A DNA stretch of 64,000 bases from the human T2T-CHM13v2.0 reference genome, Homo sapiens. The stretch lies in assembly GCF_009914755.1 (NCBI RefSeq), contig NC_060926.1. One strand, written 5' to 3'. The position numbers and the translations under genes are program-made. The notes below the pieces were generated by a model. That model was given only the letters and a program-made list of their open reading frames with translations. It searched no databases and was not told where the DNA came from. Within the stretch, counting starts at the first letter, position 1. Every line of letters starts with the position of its first letter. Below, in pieces: positions 53,301 through 64,000 of the stretch.

Positions 53301-53977
53301 CCAGGCTGGGTAATTCCATCCATTCTCACAGACTTAACAATCAGCCCTGAAAAGATGTTGAATGATTGATTTTCCATAGGAGATAAAATCAGTATGTCAT
53401 TCACAGTAGATTAAATTCAGTCTAGCTTAGAGGTGAAAGACTCCGCATTTATCGTATCTAAGCTGCTGTTCTTGTGTCATTTAACTTGTGATTGGATATG
53501 TCTATTAGAGGGGGATTTCAAACTGTAGTCATTAGTGCTGTTCTTTATTGAGACATCTATTTCCACAGCTAGACTAAAGAAAAATATATACAATCCAACT
53601 CTAATGTTCCAGCTTTATGAGTCTCTGGTTGAAATTGTAATTTGCAGTTGAGATACCTGTCAGCACATTGATCCTCGGCTAGTGATAGCTAAAACAATAG
53701 AAACTCTGTTGCAAAGAACACCTATATCTTTAATAATTTACAGAACAGCATTAAATAAAGGAGTACATGGAAAAAACACTTCCAGCTTTATTCTCTATAA
53801 ACTTTCACATCTGTGGCACAAACATTTATGAAAACTCTGCTTGTTAAACCCTTTGATTTGTAACTATTGAAAGTTATTATTAAAGATGTGTGTTTAAATT
53901 TGCAGCGTCACACTCACAGAATGGAAAAAGATATTGTAGGACAAATATCTCAGTTAACATAGGTATAAAATCAGGAA

Positions 53978-54075
53978 AAACCTTGTTATATTATTTCTAT
54001 ATATTTATATATAAAAATAAACCTTGTTATATTATTTATATGTATTTTATATCTTTAAAAACCTTGTCATATTTT
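53978..54075. repeat. AT-rich minisatellite, ~41-bp unit, ~2.5 copies
   Basis: aaaccttgttatattattt at 53978 and 54019; aaaccttgtcatattttt at 54059. Confidence 0.85.
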
Positions 54076-54209
54076 TAAACATTTACTAAAATTTTCACAA
54101 ACTTATTTCTTTCAGCATTATTAATTGGCTTTGTGTGGCTCTGTGGTTTATGCTAATAAGAGAAGAGAACTGAAATAACAGTTATTCTTAATTCTCATTT
54201 TGTTAAAAT

Positions 54210-54584
54210 CAGGGTTGGTAAATTTTTTTCTGTAAAAGGGCAGACAGTAAATATTTTAGGCAATTTTTACCACCTGTGGGCCACGTGGTCTCTATTGCAA
54301 CCGTTCAACTTTGCCATTGTTGTGCTAAAGTAGTCATAGACAATCTGGAAATGAATTGGCATGACCATGTTCCAATAAAACTTTATAGACATCGTAATTT
54401 TAATTTTTAAAATGTTTATGTCATTAAATATTATTTTCTTTTGATTTTTTTAACAAAAGACTTAAAAATGTAAAAACCAAAACCAAAACAATGTCTTAGC
54501 TTTCAGGCTATATTAAAACACAAAAAGCAGTAACAGGCCAGATTTGGCTGCTGCAGTTTGGCCATTGTAGTTTGCCAACCCCTG
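54210..54584 (+). mobile_element. MER58B (hAT-Charlie)
   Basis: cagggttggtaaattttttt..ctgtaaaagggcagacagtaaatattttagg...ttccaataaaactttat...tagtttgccaacccctg. Confidence 0.88.
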
Positions 54585-55132
54585 GTCCAAAGCATTTATC
54601 TTTAATTCTTATCCATTTTTCTTTCTGCCTTTCTCTTGTTTTTTCCTCTCACACACACATACAGTGTTAAATCATTGTTAAGTATATTTTTCACAAATTT
54701 TTAAAAAATGGCAACTTATTAAGCAATTCATTTCACCTCAGAAATATAAATACAACTTTGCAATATACAAAGCAATGAGGAATAAATATAATTGTCATTA
54801 ATATCTTTATTAAGACAAGTGATACTGTTGCTATTTCATATGTAAATATTAATTATTAAGGTAAGACTCAAGGTTAAATCATGTTCCCTGTAAGGTTTTG
54901 CTACATGCTTGCTTACAAATTAGACTGCCTTAGTCAATTAGTAAAATAAACAAGCACTGTTAGTTTAATTTTTCTTCTATCAGTGTTGTCCACAATAATT
55001 AATCATAAAATCTCATCTGTACTTATCAGCAATTATCCAGACTATTTTAAATTTCATTAGATTAAGCAGCTCCTTAATGGGGGCAAATTTCAAACAGATA
55101 CATTGACTCCAGATAACCATCCAGCTGATTTC

Positions 55133-55625
55133 TGTGGTAATTTACAACATATCCACAAATTCTTTGATAATTTTTTCATCCAGATGTGGGGTTTATGTTC
55201 TCTCCCTTTGAACATGGACCTGCTTAGTAACTTACTTAGAACCAACACAGGCAACACTGTGATTTACAAGGCTAAGTCAGAAAAGGCCATGCAGCTTTTG
55301 TGTGGTTCTTCCGGGACACTTATTCTGGGGGAGTGGGTCACCATGGGAGAAATTCAATTATTCTGATCCTGCCATGCTGGAGGATCCAAGTGTGATTGCT
55401 CTGATTGACACCTGAACTCCCAGTCAACTGCAAGGTCCAATCTCCCAGACAACTGCAGCCCCAACCAGAATCTGACTGCAACCTCACCACAGACGCCAAG
55501 TGAGAACTGTGTAGCTGAGTCTTCCCTGAATTCCTAACCCACACAATTATAAGCAAAATAAAATGGTAGTTCTAGCTGCTTAATTTGGGGGTAATTTTTT
55601 AAATGCTGTAGTAGTAACTGGAACA
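55133..55625 (+). mobile_element. MLT1G/H-like MaLR LTR
   Basis: tgtggt...ccacaaattctttga...aggctaagtcagaaaaggccatgcagctt...tctgactgcaacctca...gtaactggaaca. Confidence 0.8.
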
Positions 55626-55649
55626 ATATCCTTAAAGTTGCAATGAGGC

Positions 55650-55880
55650 AATTTTAAGTCTGGACTCCAGAATTTCTATGCAAGTTTGAATCTCAGTTCT
55701 GTCATTTAATACCTGTTTGAACTTCAGCAAGTTAACAGCAACTCTAAGCTTCATTTTCATCATTTGAAATTGGAGTAATAATAGGACCTACCTCAAAAGG
55801 TTGTGTGAGGATTAACTTAAAATATGATTGTGGCGTATGCATTTGGGGTGTGGGAAGCACTCCATAAATATTAGCTGTGA
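55650..55880 (+). mobile_element. MIR
   Basis: gtttgaatctcagttctgtcatt...gcaagtta...aataataggacctacctca...gtgaggattaa. Confidence 0.8.
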
Positions 55881-55898
55881 CTATTTAACACAAACACA

Positions 55899-56060
55899 CA
55901 AGGCCAATTTCATATGCATGCAACCTATGCACATGACTTCATGCTCAGACCTTAGTTTAAGGCTCTGCTGTTGCCATTTTGAAATTCTAAATAATTTTTG
56001 AACACGAGGACTTGTACTTTCATTTTGCGCTGGGCCTTGCAAATTATGTTGCTGATCCCA
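55899..56060 (+). mobile_element. MER91A (hAT-Tip100)
   Basis: gtttaaggctctgctgttgccattttgaaattctaaataatttttgaaca...cattttgcgctgggccttgcaaattatgt. Confidence 0.8.
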
Positions 56061-56214
56061 CATGCATGTATATGTGCATGTACGCATATACATGCACACC
56101 CGTTTACAACGATGAACTATTAAACAGTATCCTTAAGCTTTATAATATTCCTAACATCCAACAATTCAGTGTTTCCAGAAATTAAAAGAAATCAAGGAGA
56201 CCAACTAGGATGTT

Positions 56215-56611
56215 CTCTCTTTTTTGGGGGTCAGGAATTCTAAAATGGCTTCCCTGGGTAGCTTGGTTTAGTATCTCTCATGAGGTTACAATTCAAAGCA
56301 ACAGAGTCATCAGTCATCTGAAGGCTTAAAGAGGCTGAACAATATTTTTGTGAGCTTACTTATGTGATTGGTAGCAGATTTTGGCTCCTTATCACATGGG
56401 CTTTTTAAAGCATGGTTGCTGGCTGTCTTCAAGCCAGCGATCCCAGAGAGTCAGAATCCACAATGTCCTTATGACCTATCCTTGGAAGTACATAATTATT
56501 GCATTCTAGTGGTCATGCAAACCAGTCCTCACACAATGTAAAAGGGGGCTCCATAAAATAAATGCCAGGAAGCAAGGATCACTGGGGGCCATCTTGGAGC
56601 CTGGCAACCAG
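56215..56611 (-). mobile_element. MLT1F-like MaLR LTR
   Basis: gggtcaggaattc...tctctcatgaggtt...gtcatctgaaggctt...ccaggaagcaaggatcactgggggccatcttggag. Confidence 0.8.
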
Positions 56612-57039
56612 AGAAGTCAAACTGAAAAAGAATATTTTCATTAATTTTGGAGATCTCGGAGGCTTCATAAAATACAGTGCTACCCATCATGCCTGTCTTC
56701 ATCTTTAAAAGTTGGGGTGTCTAACTCAAAATAAGTTATTCAGATTTTAGAAGGTGAACTACTCAGGCTTTTTTATTTAAATGAGAAAAGTTCCATTGTT
56801 TTCTTCTTCTCTATTCATAAGAAAGCAAACCATTAGAAAACCAATTAATTTCCTCATTCTTCAATTCTACAAATAATGAGTCAGAGTTCTTGGTAAATTG
56901 TAAATCCTGGGCCTGTTTCCCCAGAATCAGCATCTTATGGAACATCTTAATGAAAGTTCTACGAAACACATTAACCAATATGTCTCAAGAAGGCCCTCAT
57001 TTTAAATAAAAAGTTCATTATGGCCTTGAAAGGGGATGA

Positions 57040-57205
57040 GATTTTTACCAGCCAGACTTGCAGTTAAATTCTTATTCTTGCTACGTGCCAGCTATATGAT
57101 CTTGAATAAGTTACCTAATCTTCTTGAGACTTCTTTGCCACAACTGTGAAATGGGGAAAATAATATCTAAACTGTAGCCTTGTTGTAAAGATTAAATGTG
57201 AAATC
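57040..57205 (+). mobile_element. MIR
   Basis: agctatatgatcttgaataagttacctaatctt...ctgtgaaatgggg...ttgttgtaaagattaaatg. Confidence 0.7.
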
Positions 57206-58559
57206 TAATAATCCCTCTACAAATATTGGTTCTATTTCTCCATTAAGGAGATGCAGAGATGTGTTTCCAGGGATCAGAAAGAAAATAGAGAACTGTGGAG
57301 GTATAGGCCTTTATTAACAATAGATAACAGCCTGGAAATTCTCCTTGCTGTTAGAGAAAACTTGATTATAAAATAGTTTGCCAAGGGGGATATTGTCCTT
57401 TTGACCCGAAAGATCTTGCTGTTAAGTAGCTGCTTTGGGACAATTTCTTTGATACAGTAATATTCTCTGGCCAATCACATCTCAGGATTGATTCAAGTTT
57501 AACCAGAAGGATAATTGAATTTTCATCCTGGCTCCACCGTTGGCTCTCCCCTTGCCTCAAGTCTTCCCATCTGCAAATCCATCCTCAATCTACACTTGTT
57601 TAATCTTCCCAGGACACCACTTAACCTGTACTCCATTCCTAACTGTGAAACCTTTAGATGTCTTCCATTCCATATAAGATTAAATCTAAATTATTTAATA
57701 AGTAATTAAATGTCTTCAATGGTCTGGACCCATTTTTTACCTGTTCCCTTATAGAAATTTTCTCTTCTAGTTGTCTCATGCCTTAATTTTTCTCCGCCCC
57801 CCCACCTTCTAAAAAAAATTCATTCACTTATCAAAACCCAGCCTAATCTTAAAACCTCCCTAAATAGACTTTAATGCAATATTCCCTATGGATATTATAT
57901 AAGCACACCAGTCCAAGTGTGCCCATATGTATACAAATAACTAAGTGTAAAATACAGTATGATTCATACCACAAGCACAGTTCAAATGCTAGGATAGGGG
58001 GAAGGAGGGACAAAGCAGTTTCAGCCTGGAGCTTGAGAAAAGATTCCTATTATAGTTAACATTTGAAAGAGTCCTTGAAAAGTGGCTTAGAATTTCTAAA
58101 GACAGGAGGAGAGGCCAGTCTTGGTAGAGGAAATAGCATCTGAAGCCAATAAAAGTTTGGAAAATACAGGGTATTCTCAAGGAGTGATGAAAAACTCTGT
58201 TTGAACAACGTATAAAATACACATAGAAGTATTTTAGGTACTCGGTAGATTGGAACATGGATGTACAGGACATTATAAATGCCAATCTAAAATATTTGCA
58301 CTTTATTTTGAAAACATTAAACTGGCAGATGTATGATGATAAAATAAGAGGTATGGTACAGAGCAGAGAGGAGTCGAGAAGACTTCATTCTGAGACAATT
58401 GCCGTCAGTTAGGAGAACTTAATAGGGGCTTATTTTAGAATGCTTGGGGGAAGAATATAAAGGAAAGTACAGGTGTGAAATAAAGGAACAGATGTGAAAA
58501 AGATATAATCCACATCAAATATTGAATGAACGGATGAATAGAAGTATGGACTGCACACT

Positions 58560-59295
58560 TTGAGAATGTATTGCATGCTTGTTTTGAGTAAGGGCCTTGG
58601 ATCAGACTGCCTGGCTTTGCACTTTGACTGCTACCAGGCTGAAAGAACTTGGCAAGTTTTTTACACTGTGTGCCTCAATTTCCTCATCTATAAAATGGGA
58701 TAAAAACATGAGAATTAACTGTGTCGGGGAGAAAAGGTAGTATCTTTTTCTCACCCATTGCAACGTTTGCAGCTTACGCCCCTATATTAAAAGGCATATT
58801 AATAAGGAAAAAGCATACAAATGTATTTAATGTAAGTTTTATGTGACACAGGGGGCTTCAGAAATGAAGACTCCAAAACCCAGGGAAAATGACGTATTTT
58901 TATGGACAGTTATGCAAAAGTGTGATTGGAGCCTGAAACAGTGTGATCTAAGGGTAGTAAACTGAGGGTAACTTAGCAAGGCCTGTTTGTTCAGAGTCTT
59001 CTTGGCCTCCAGGTACAGAGCAGGACCCCTCTTGAATGAGAGTCTTATGACCTCAGGCAAGGCAGGTCAGATAATTCTTTTTGACCTGCTTCTGGGGAAA
59101 TAGTGGGAGCAGGTCAGAAAGTGACGTTTCTACTTCTGTGGTTTTCTCAATTTCCTTCAGCTAAAAACACTCAGTATGCCAAGGTGCCATATTTTGGGGT
59201 ATCATGTACTGAGCCCTGACAAATGGTAAATGCCATAAAATGCACAGAACAATACCTGGCATGAATTAACTTCTATAAATGTTTGCTGTTATTAT
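58560..59295 (+). mobile_element. MIR split by a MER39-family LTR
   Basis: tcagactgcctgg...tgtgcctcaatttcctcatctataaaatgggataa before the LTR; agaacaatacctggcat...taaatgtttgctgttatta after it. Confidence 0.7.
58722..59221 (-). mobile_element. ERV1 solo LTR, MER39 family
   Basis: TG...CA termini, TSD actg/aatg, and terminal motif ccttcagctaaaaacactcagtatgccaaggtgccatattttggggtatcatgtactgagccc. Confidence 0.8.
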
Positions 59296-59647
59296 GTGGA
59301 CTAGATTAGGAGGCTGCTTAATAGTTTGAGTAGCGAGAGCCTGCTGTATAGCAGTGCAGTGTGTGGAAGAGAATGGGTAAGGAAGTCTTATGCGGCTTCC
59401 ATGGTGTCTTGCTCATACTAGCGACATAGTAAATATGGTGTGATTTAATTATGCCTAAATATTTTTGGTCCAAATAATTTTTGCTTAAATAAAAACAGCA
59501 TTTCTCCTTCAGTAGATAATTAAAATTACTGAAAACATCTATAAAATTTTCCTGGAGAAAGATTGTATATCATTTATTAAATGCTTACCATGGGCCAAGT
59601 CTGTTGGAAGTATCAAAAATTTATTGTCACAACATCCATATGAGACA

Positions 59648-60133
59648 TTTTTTAACTATTTTATTTTTATTTCAATAGTTTTTGGGGATACAAGTGGTTT
59701 TGGGCTACATGGATGAATTACATAGTGGTGAATTCTGAGACTTTAGTGCACCCATCACCTGAGTAGTATACATTGTACACAATATGTAGTGTTTTTTTTT
59801 ATCACTCATCCACCTCCCAATGACTCCCTTCTGAGTCTCCAAAGTCCATTATATCACTCTGTATGCCTTTGCATGCTCGTAACTTAGCTTTCATTTATAA
59901 GTGAGAACATAAGGTATATGGTATTCCATTCCTGAATTATTTCACTTAGAATAATAACCTCCAGCTCTATCCATGTTGCTGCAAAAGATATTATTTTGGT
60001 CTTATGGCTGAGTAGTACTCTGTGGTGTATGTATATCACATTTTCTTTGTCCATTCATTGGTCTATGGGCACTTAGGTTGGTTCCATATCTTTGCAATAG
60101 TGAATTGTGCTGCAATAAATATACATGTGCATG
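59648..60133 (-). mobile_element. 5'-truncated L1PB
   Basis: tcaatagtttttgggg..caagtggtttt...gatgaatt..atagtggtgaattctgaga; TSD tgagaca at 59641-47 / 60134-40. Confidence 0.9.
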
Positions 60134-60179
60134 TGAGACAAGCATTTTAAGATTACTTTTAAGTTTGTAAAATTGATGC

Positions 60180-61600
60180 TCAAATGTTAAATTCATTCTC
60201 CTTTCCCTGACTGGAATGAGAATTTAATGGCAAAATCATTAATGGTTTTAATATAACAACAAAAACAAGAAGAATGCCTATCAGCATATTTAGTGTTTGG
60301 TAGAGTGAAAAATAATATGATTAAATAAGAAACTAAAACACTGAAAAGGAGGAGGCAAACATTATTTTTTGCAGATGATGTGACTAACTTGAATCACATA
60401 AGAGAGTGGACATAAAAACTATTGTATATCAGAAAATCCTGCAAGGTGGTCATGTACCACATTGGTATATGTAAATCAATAGTTTTTCAATTAACAAATA
60501 TTAATAGGAACATATTTGCAAAAGACCTAATTTATAATGCCAATTTAAAAAATCATAAAATATCCAGAAATAAATATAAGAAGTAAGTAGGACAATACTA
60601 AGAACACAGTTAAGTAATTTGAATGGAAACTAATAAAAAGGACTTCCTTTTTCTTTAATAAGTATCAGTTTTATAAGAATATCAGTTGCCCAATATTAAT
60701 CTATAAAAATTTATTGCAAACTCAATCAAAGTCCAGATACTTCTTTTTTCTTTTTCTTGGAGAGGAGGACAGGAGGAAAAATTGTCCAGTTGATTTCTAA
60801 GTTTATTTTAATAATACGTATATAAGAACATGTAGGAATATTCTTAGGATAATTATAAACGAGGAGTGATAAACCCCCAAAACTACAAAAATAGAGGATA
60901 CTAGAAATGAGAATAGACAGATAAGGAAAATGAGAAAGTGACCTAGGTATCTAATAGATTCAATATTGTTTAAAAGTCATTAGAAAAAATAATTTATATA
61001 TCAAATAATATTGGGACATCTGAATAGCCATTTAGAAAAAAATAAACTAAATCAACTACCTCATTTACCCTGAGACATACCATTATGTTGACTCTTACGA
61101 AAATGCTTAGATTTGATATTTTGACCCAATGTATGATTCAACCTAACATTAATATATTATTTAAATTTTAATGTAAAAAGTAAAGCAACAAAGTAATTTT
61201 GTATTTATTTATAATTTAAAAGCATAAAGATGTTTCCCAATAAGACACAAACTCCAAAAGTCAGGAAAAGTTTGATTAATTTGACTATGTAATGACATAA
61301 AATACAAATGTAAAAGAAAAAAATTACCTCTCTAAATTAAAAAATAATGAGCTAGGAATTTACTTGCAGCACATATGACATACTGATCATTTCTTTGATT
61401 TACAAGGGATTTGTACAAATCAATAATAAAAAATTCACTATTCAGCAGTAAAATAAACATAGTACATGGAGAAGCAATTTTAGGCGAGAATAAAAGAGAC
61501 CCAACAAAGGACCAATAATAATATAATCATATGCTCAATTTAATTCACAAAAAATGCCAGTCAGAACAACAATATACAATTCTCATCTATAAATTTTTTT
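60180..61600 (+). mobile_element. Highly diverged old L1M ORF2
   Basis: ttatttttgcagatgatg-like RT remnant (FADD), aaatcaatagttttt, ttaatctataaa, ttgggacatctgaatagccattt. Boundaries approximate. Confidence 0.6.
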
Positions 61601-61787
61601 CTATAAATTTTAACTAGTGTTCCTACTATACTATGTATTTATTCACTTAGCAAATGCTTATCATCATTTGTTTAATGCAAGACTGTGGTATAATGCCGGG
61701 GGATATATAAAAATGAAAAAGTTTGACTATAGATGAAGATGGGAGAAAGAATGAATAAAGGATACATCAAACAGTAACATTTTTATC

Positions 61788-62198
61788 TACCACAAAGTAG
61801 ATGGCTTAAAATCATAGAAATTTATTGTCTCACAGTTCTGGAGGCCAGAATTCTGAGACCAAGGTGTTGGCAAGATTGGTTCCTTCTGAGGGCTCTGAGG
61901 GAGAATCTGATCCATGCTTCTGGTGGTTTGCTGGCACTCTTTGGCATTCCTTGGCTTGTAGAAACATCACCCAATCTCTGCGTTCATCTTCACATGGTGT
62001 TCTTCCTCTGCACATCTGTCTTTGTATCCAGATTTCCCTTTATTATTACAACAAAGTCATGTTGGATTAGGGCCCATCCTAATGACTTCATCTTAACTTG
62101 ATCATCTGTGAAGATCCTATTTCCACATAAGGTTACATTCACACATAGTGGGTGTTAGTATTTCAACATTTTCAGGGGACATGATTCACCCCATAACA
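61788..62198 (-). mobile_element. MLT1C-like MaLR LTR
   Basis: ggcttaaaa..tagaaatttattgtctcacagttctggaggccagaa...ggtttgctggca..ctttggcattccttggcttgtag...attcaccccataaca. Confidence 0.88.
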
Positions 62199-62329
62199 AT
62201 TTTTAAACAATTAAAAAAATTGGTTAATAGTTGGCGAAGTTTGGTAAGGAGGGAGGAAGCAGGGGCATTTTTACGCAGATGACAGGTCTTACTTTTTGGA
62301 AGATGAATGGGTAATATCTTTGAAACCCC

Positions 62330-62870
62330 TGTAAAATATCTATAAAACTTCAAATGCACATATTGCATGTCCAGGCAATTCTGTTCTTAGGAAGTTTTTC
62401 CTATAGATAATGCACATAAGATACATGTACAGTGTGTTTATTGCAGCATTATTTATAAAAATAAGCAAAACTGGACAAGCCTAAATGTCCACCAGTTGAA
62501 GAAACTAATCACAGCTTATATACACTACCTGACTCTTTTTAAGAAATGAAATAGGTGTATATTTACTCACTAGTAAAGATATCCACGATATAGTAAGTAA
62601 AAAATGCAAGGCATATAGTGTACTGGATATGCCAATTATTTTCTCAAAGAATGTACAAGAAACTGATAACACTGTTTGTCTTTGTGGAAAGGGCTAAAAA
62701 CTGGAGATAGAGAGGGAGACTTTTAATTTGATACCCTTCACTAGTGCTTGAAATTTCTTACATTTGCATATATTACTCACTTTTTTTTCTGGTTTTAATG
62801 TCAGAAGAGTTTATGTATGTTGTAGAATTATGAACTGCTTTATTTTTATTTTCATATTTTCTGTATTAAA
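62330..62870 (+). mobile_element. Old L1ME 3' region
   Basis: gcaattctgttcttaggaa...gtttattgcagcattatttataa...aaaactggacaagcctaaatgtcca. Confidence 0.6.
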
Positions 62871-63137
62871 AAGGAACTAGTGAATATTAAATAAAAATGT
62901 GAAAGGACTTTTCCTATCATATTGCATGAAATAAGAGATTTTTGCTGGTTGGAACATTCCTATAGAGCCATATTCCTGAAGAATATTTTACACTTGCTTG
63001 ATGAACATATCCCATAGTTTTATGGATGTATGTCCCATGACTATGATGTGTGACTTCATTGTTAAGTATAGAAAACTACTGAGTAAGAGGTAGGGCTCTA
63101 GACAGATTTAGAAGTTTAACTGGAAAAACTACAGCTA

Positions 63138-63426
<289 letters not shown>

Positions 63427-64000
63427 TCACCTCTGAAGAAAAATTACCTTGAGAATGCAAAATATAAGCAGCATTTTGATGAATAGCAAGAACCTACTCA
63501 TAGGGACCAGAAAAATCCTTTTACACAGCTAATTTGCCTTTATCAGTATTCTCATAGGATACTGAGTTGAAAGCCACTTGTGCTCTGTGAACCACCTGAG
63601 AGTTCTTTAGTTCACTATAGGTCTCTTAATGTAATATATGATTTCATCATTCATAGCATTTCCCAGGCTAAGCTTACATCATCTGACATTTAAAGACTAT
63701 CTTTGCTTTCTTTTTTTTTTTAACATACAAAATTTTAAAATTTTGAACTCATTTTTGGTTTGGATTTCATCCACTGCTAAAGGCAGGTACAATAACATTT
63801 TTTCTTCAACAGCCAGGTTTTTCAAATCTGTCAAAATAATTTTCTTGCACAGTCAGATTAATTCTGAGCCAGCCACGTGGTCCAAAGAGGCCTGCATATG
63901 TGAAATTTTATGAAAGTACATTTCTTATATCAAGCACTTTTGCTGAATGTATAATTTAAATTCCTTAAAATAGGCCCATGGGAAAAGAACTTTCATATTT

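Noticed and set aside
53978-54075. Repeat-spacer-like pattern (CRISPR-like)
   Set aside because: Only ~2.5 AT-rich units, the 'spacers' resemble each other, the context is eukaryotic and there are no cas genes. It is a minisatellite.

Overview
This window is AT-rich, CpG-poor primate genomic DNA, most likely human or great ape given the AluY, AluS, AluJ, L1PA and THE1 elements. It reads as intergenic or deep-intronic. I found no recognisable protein-coding gene, RNA gene or CRISPR array. The ORFs in the track that I could recognise are decayed transposon frames (Tigger1 transposase, L1 ORF2, THE1-int, Alu); the rest look like chance ORFs. Much of the window is interspersed repeat: a full-length Tigger1 nested inside a Tigger4a/MER46A element, a full-length THE1D (LTR-int-LTR), a ~4.5 kb L1MA with nested L1 and Alu insertions, 8 Alus, several solo LTRs with target-site duplications (TSDs), and many MIR, L2 and MER fragments. 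Repeat subfamily names come from recalled consensus sequences, not from a RepeatMasker run. I do not see a convincing novel biological system. The most notable signals are: (i) several local templated-copy or template-switch scars, including a 28-bp copy of Tigger1 sequence outside the element, a scrambled L1PB with a displaced fold-back fragment, and micro-inversions; (ii) two same-orientation CTCF motifs beside a candidate cis-regulatory element at 1.8-3.2 kb; (iii) a young AluY followed by a second poly(A) tract that could tag 3' transductions; (iv) a recent 142-bp tandem duplication; (v) several unverified candidate exons.
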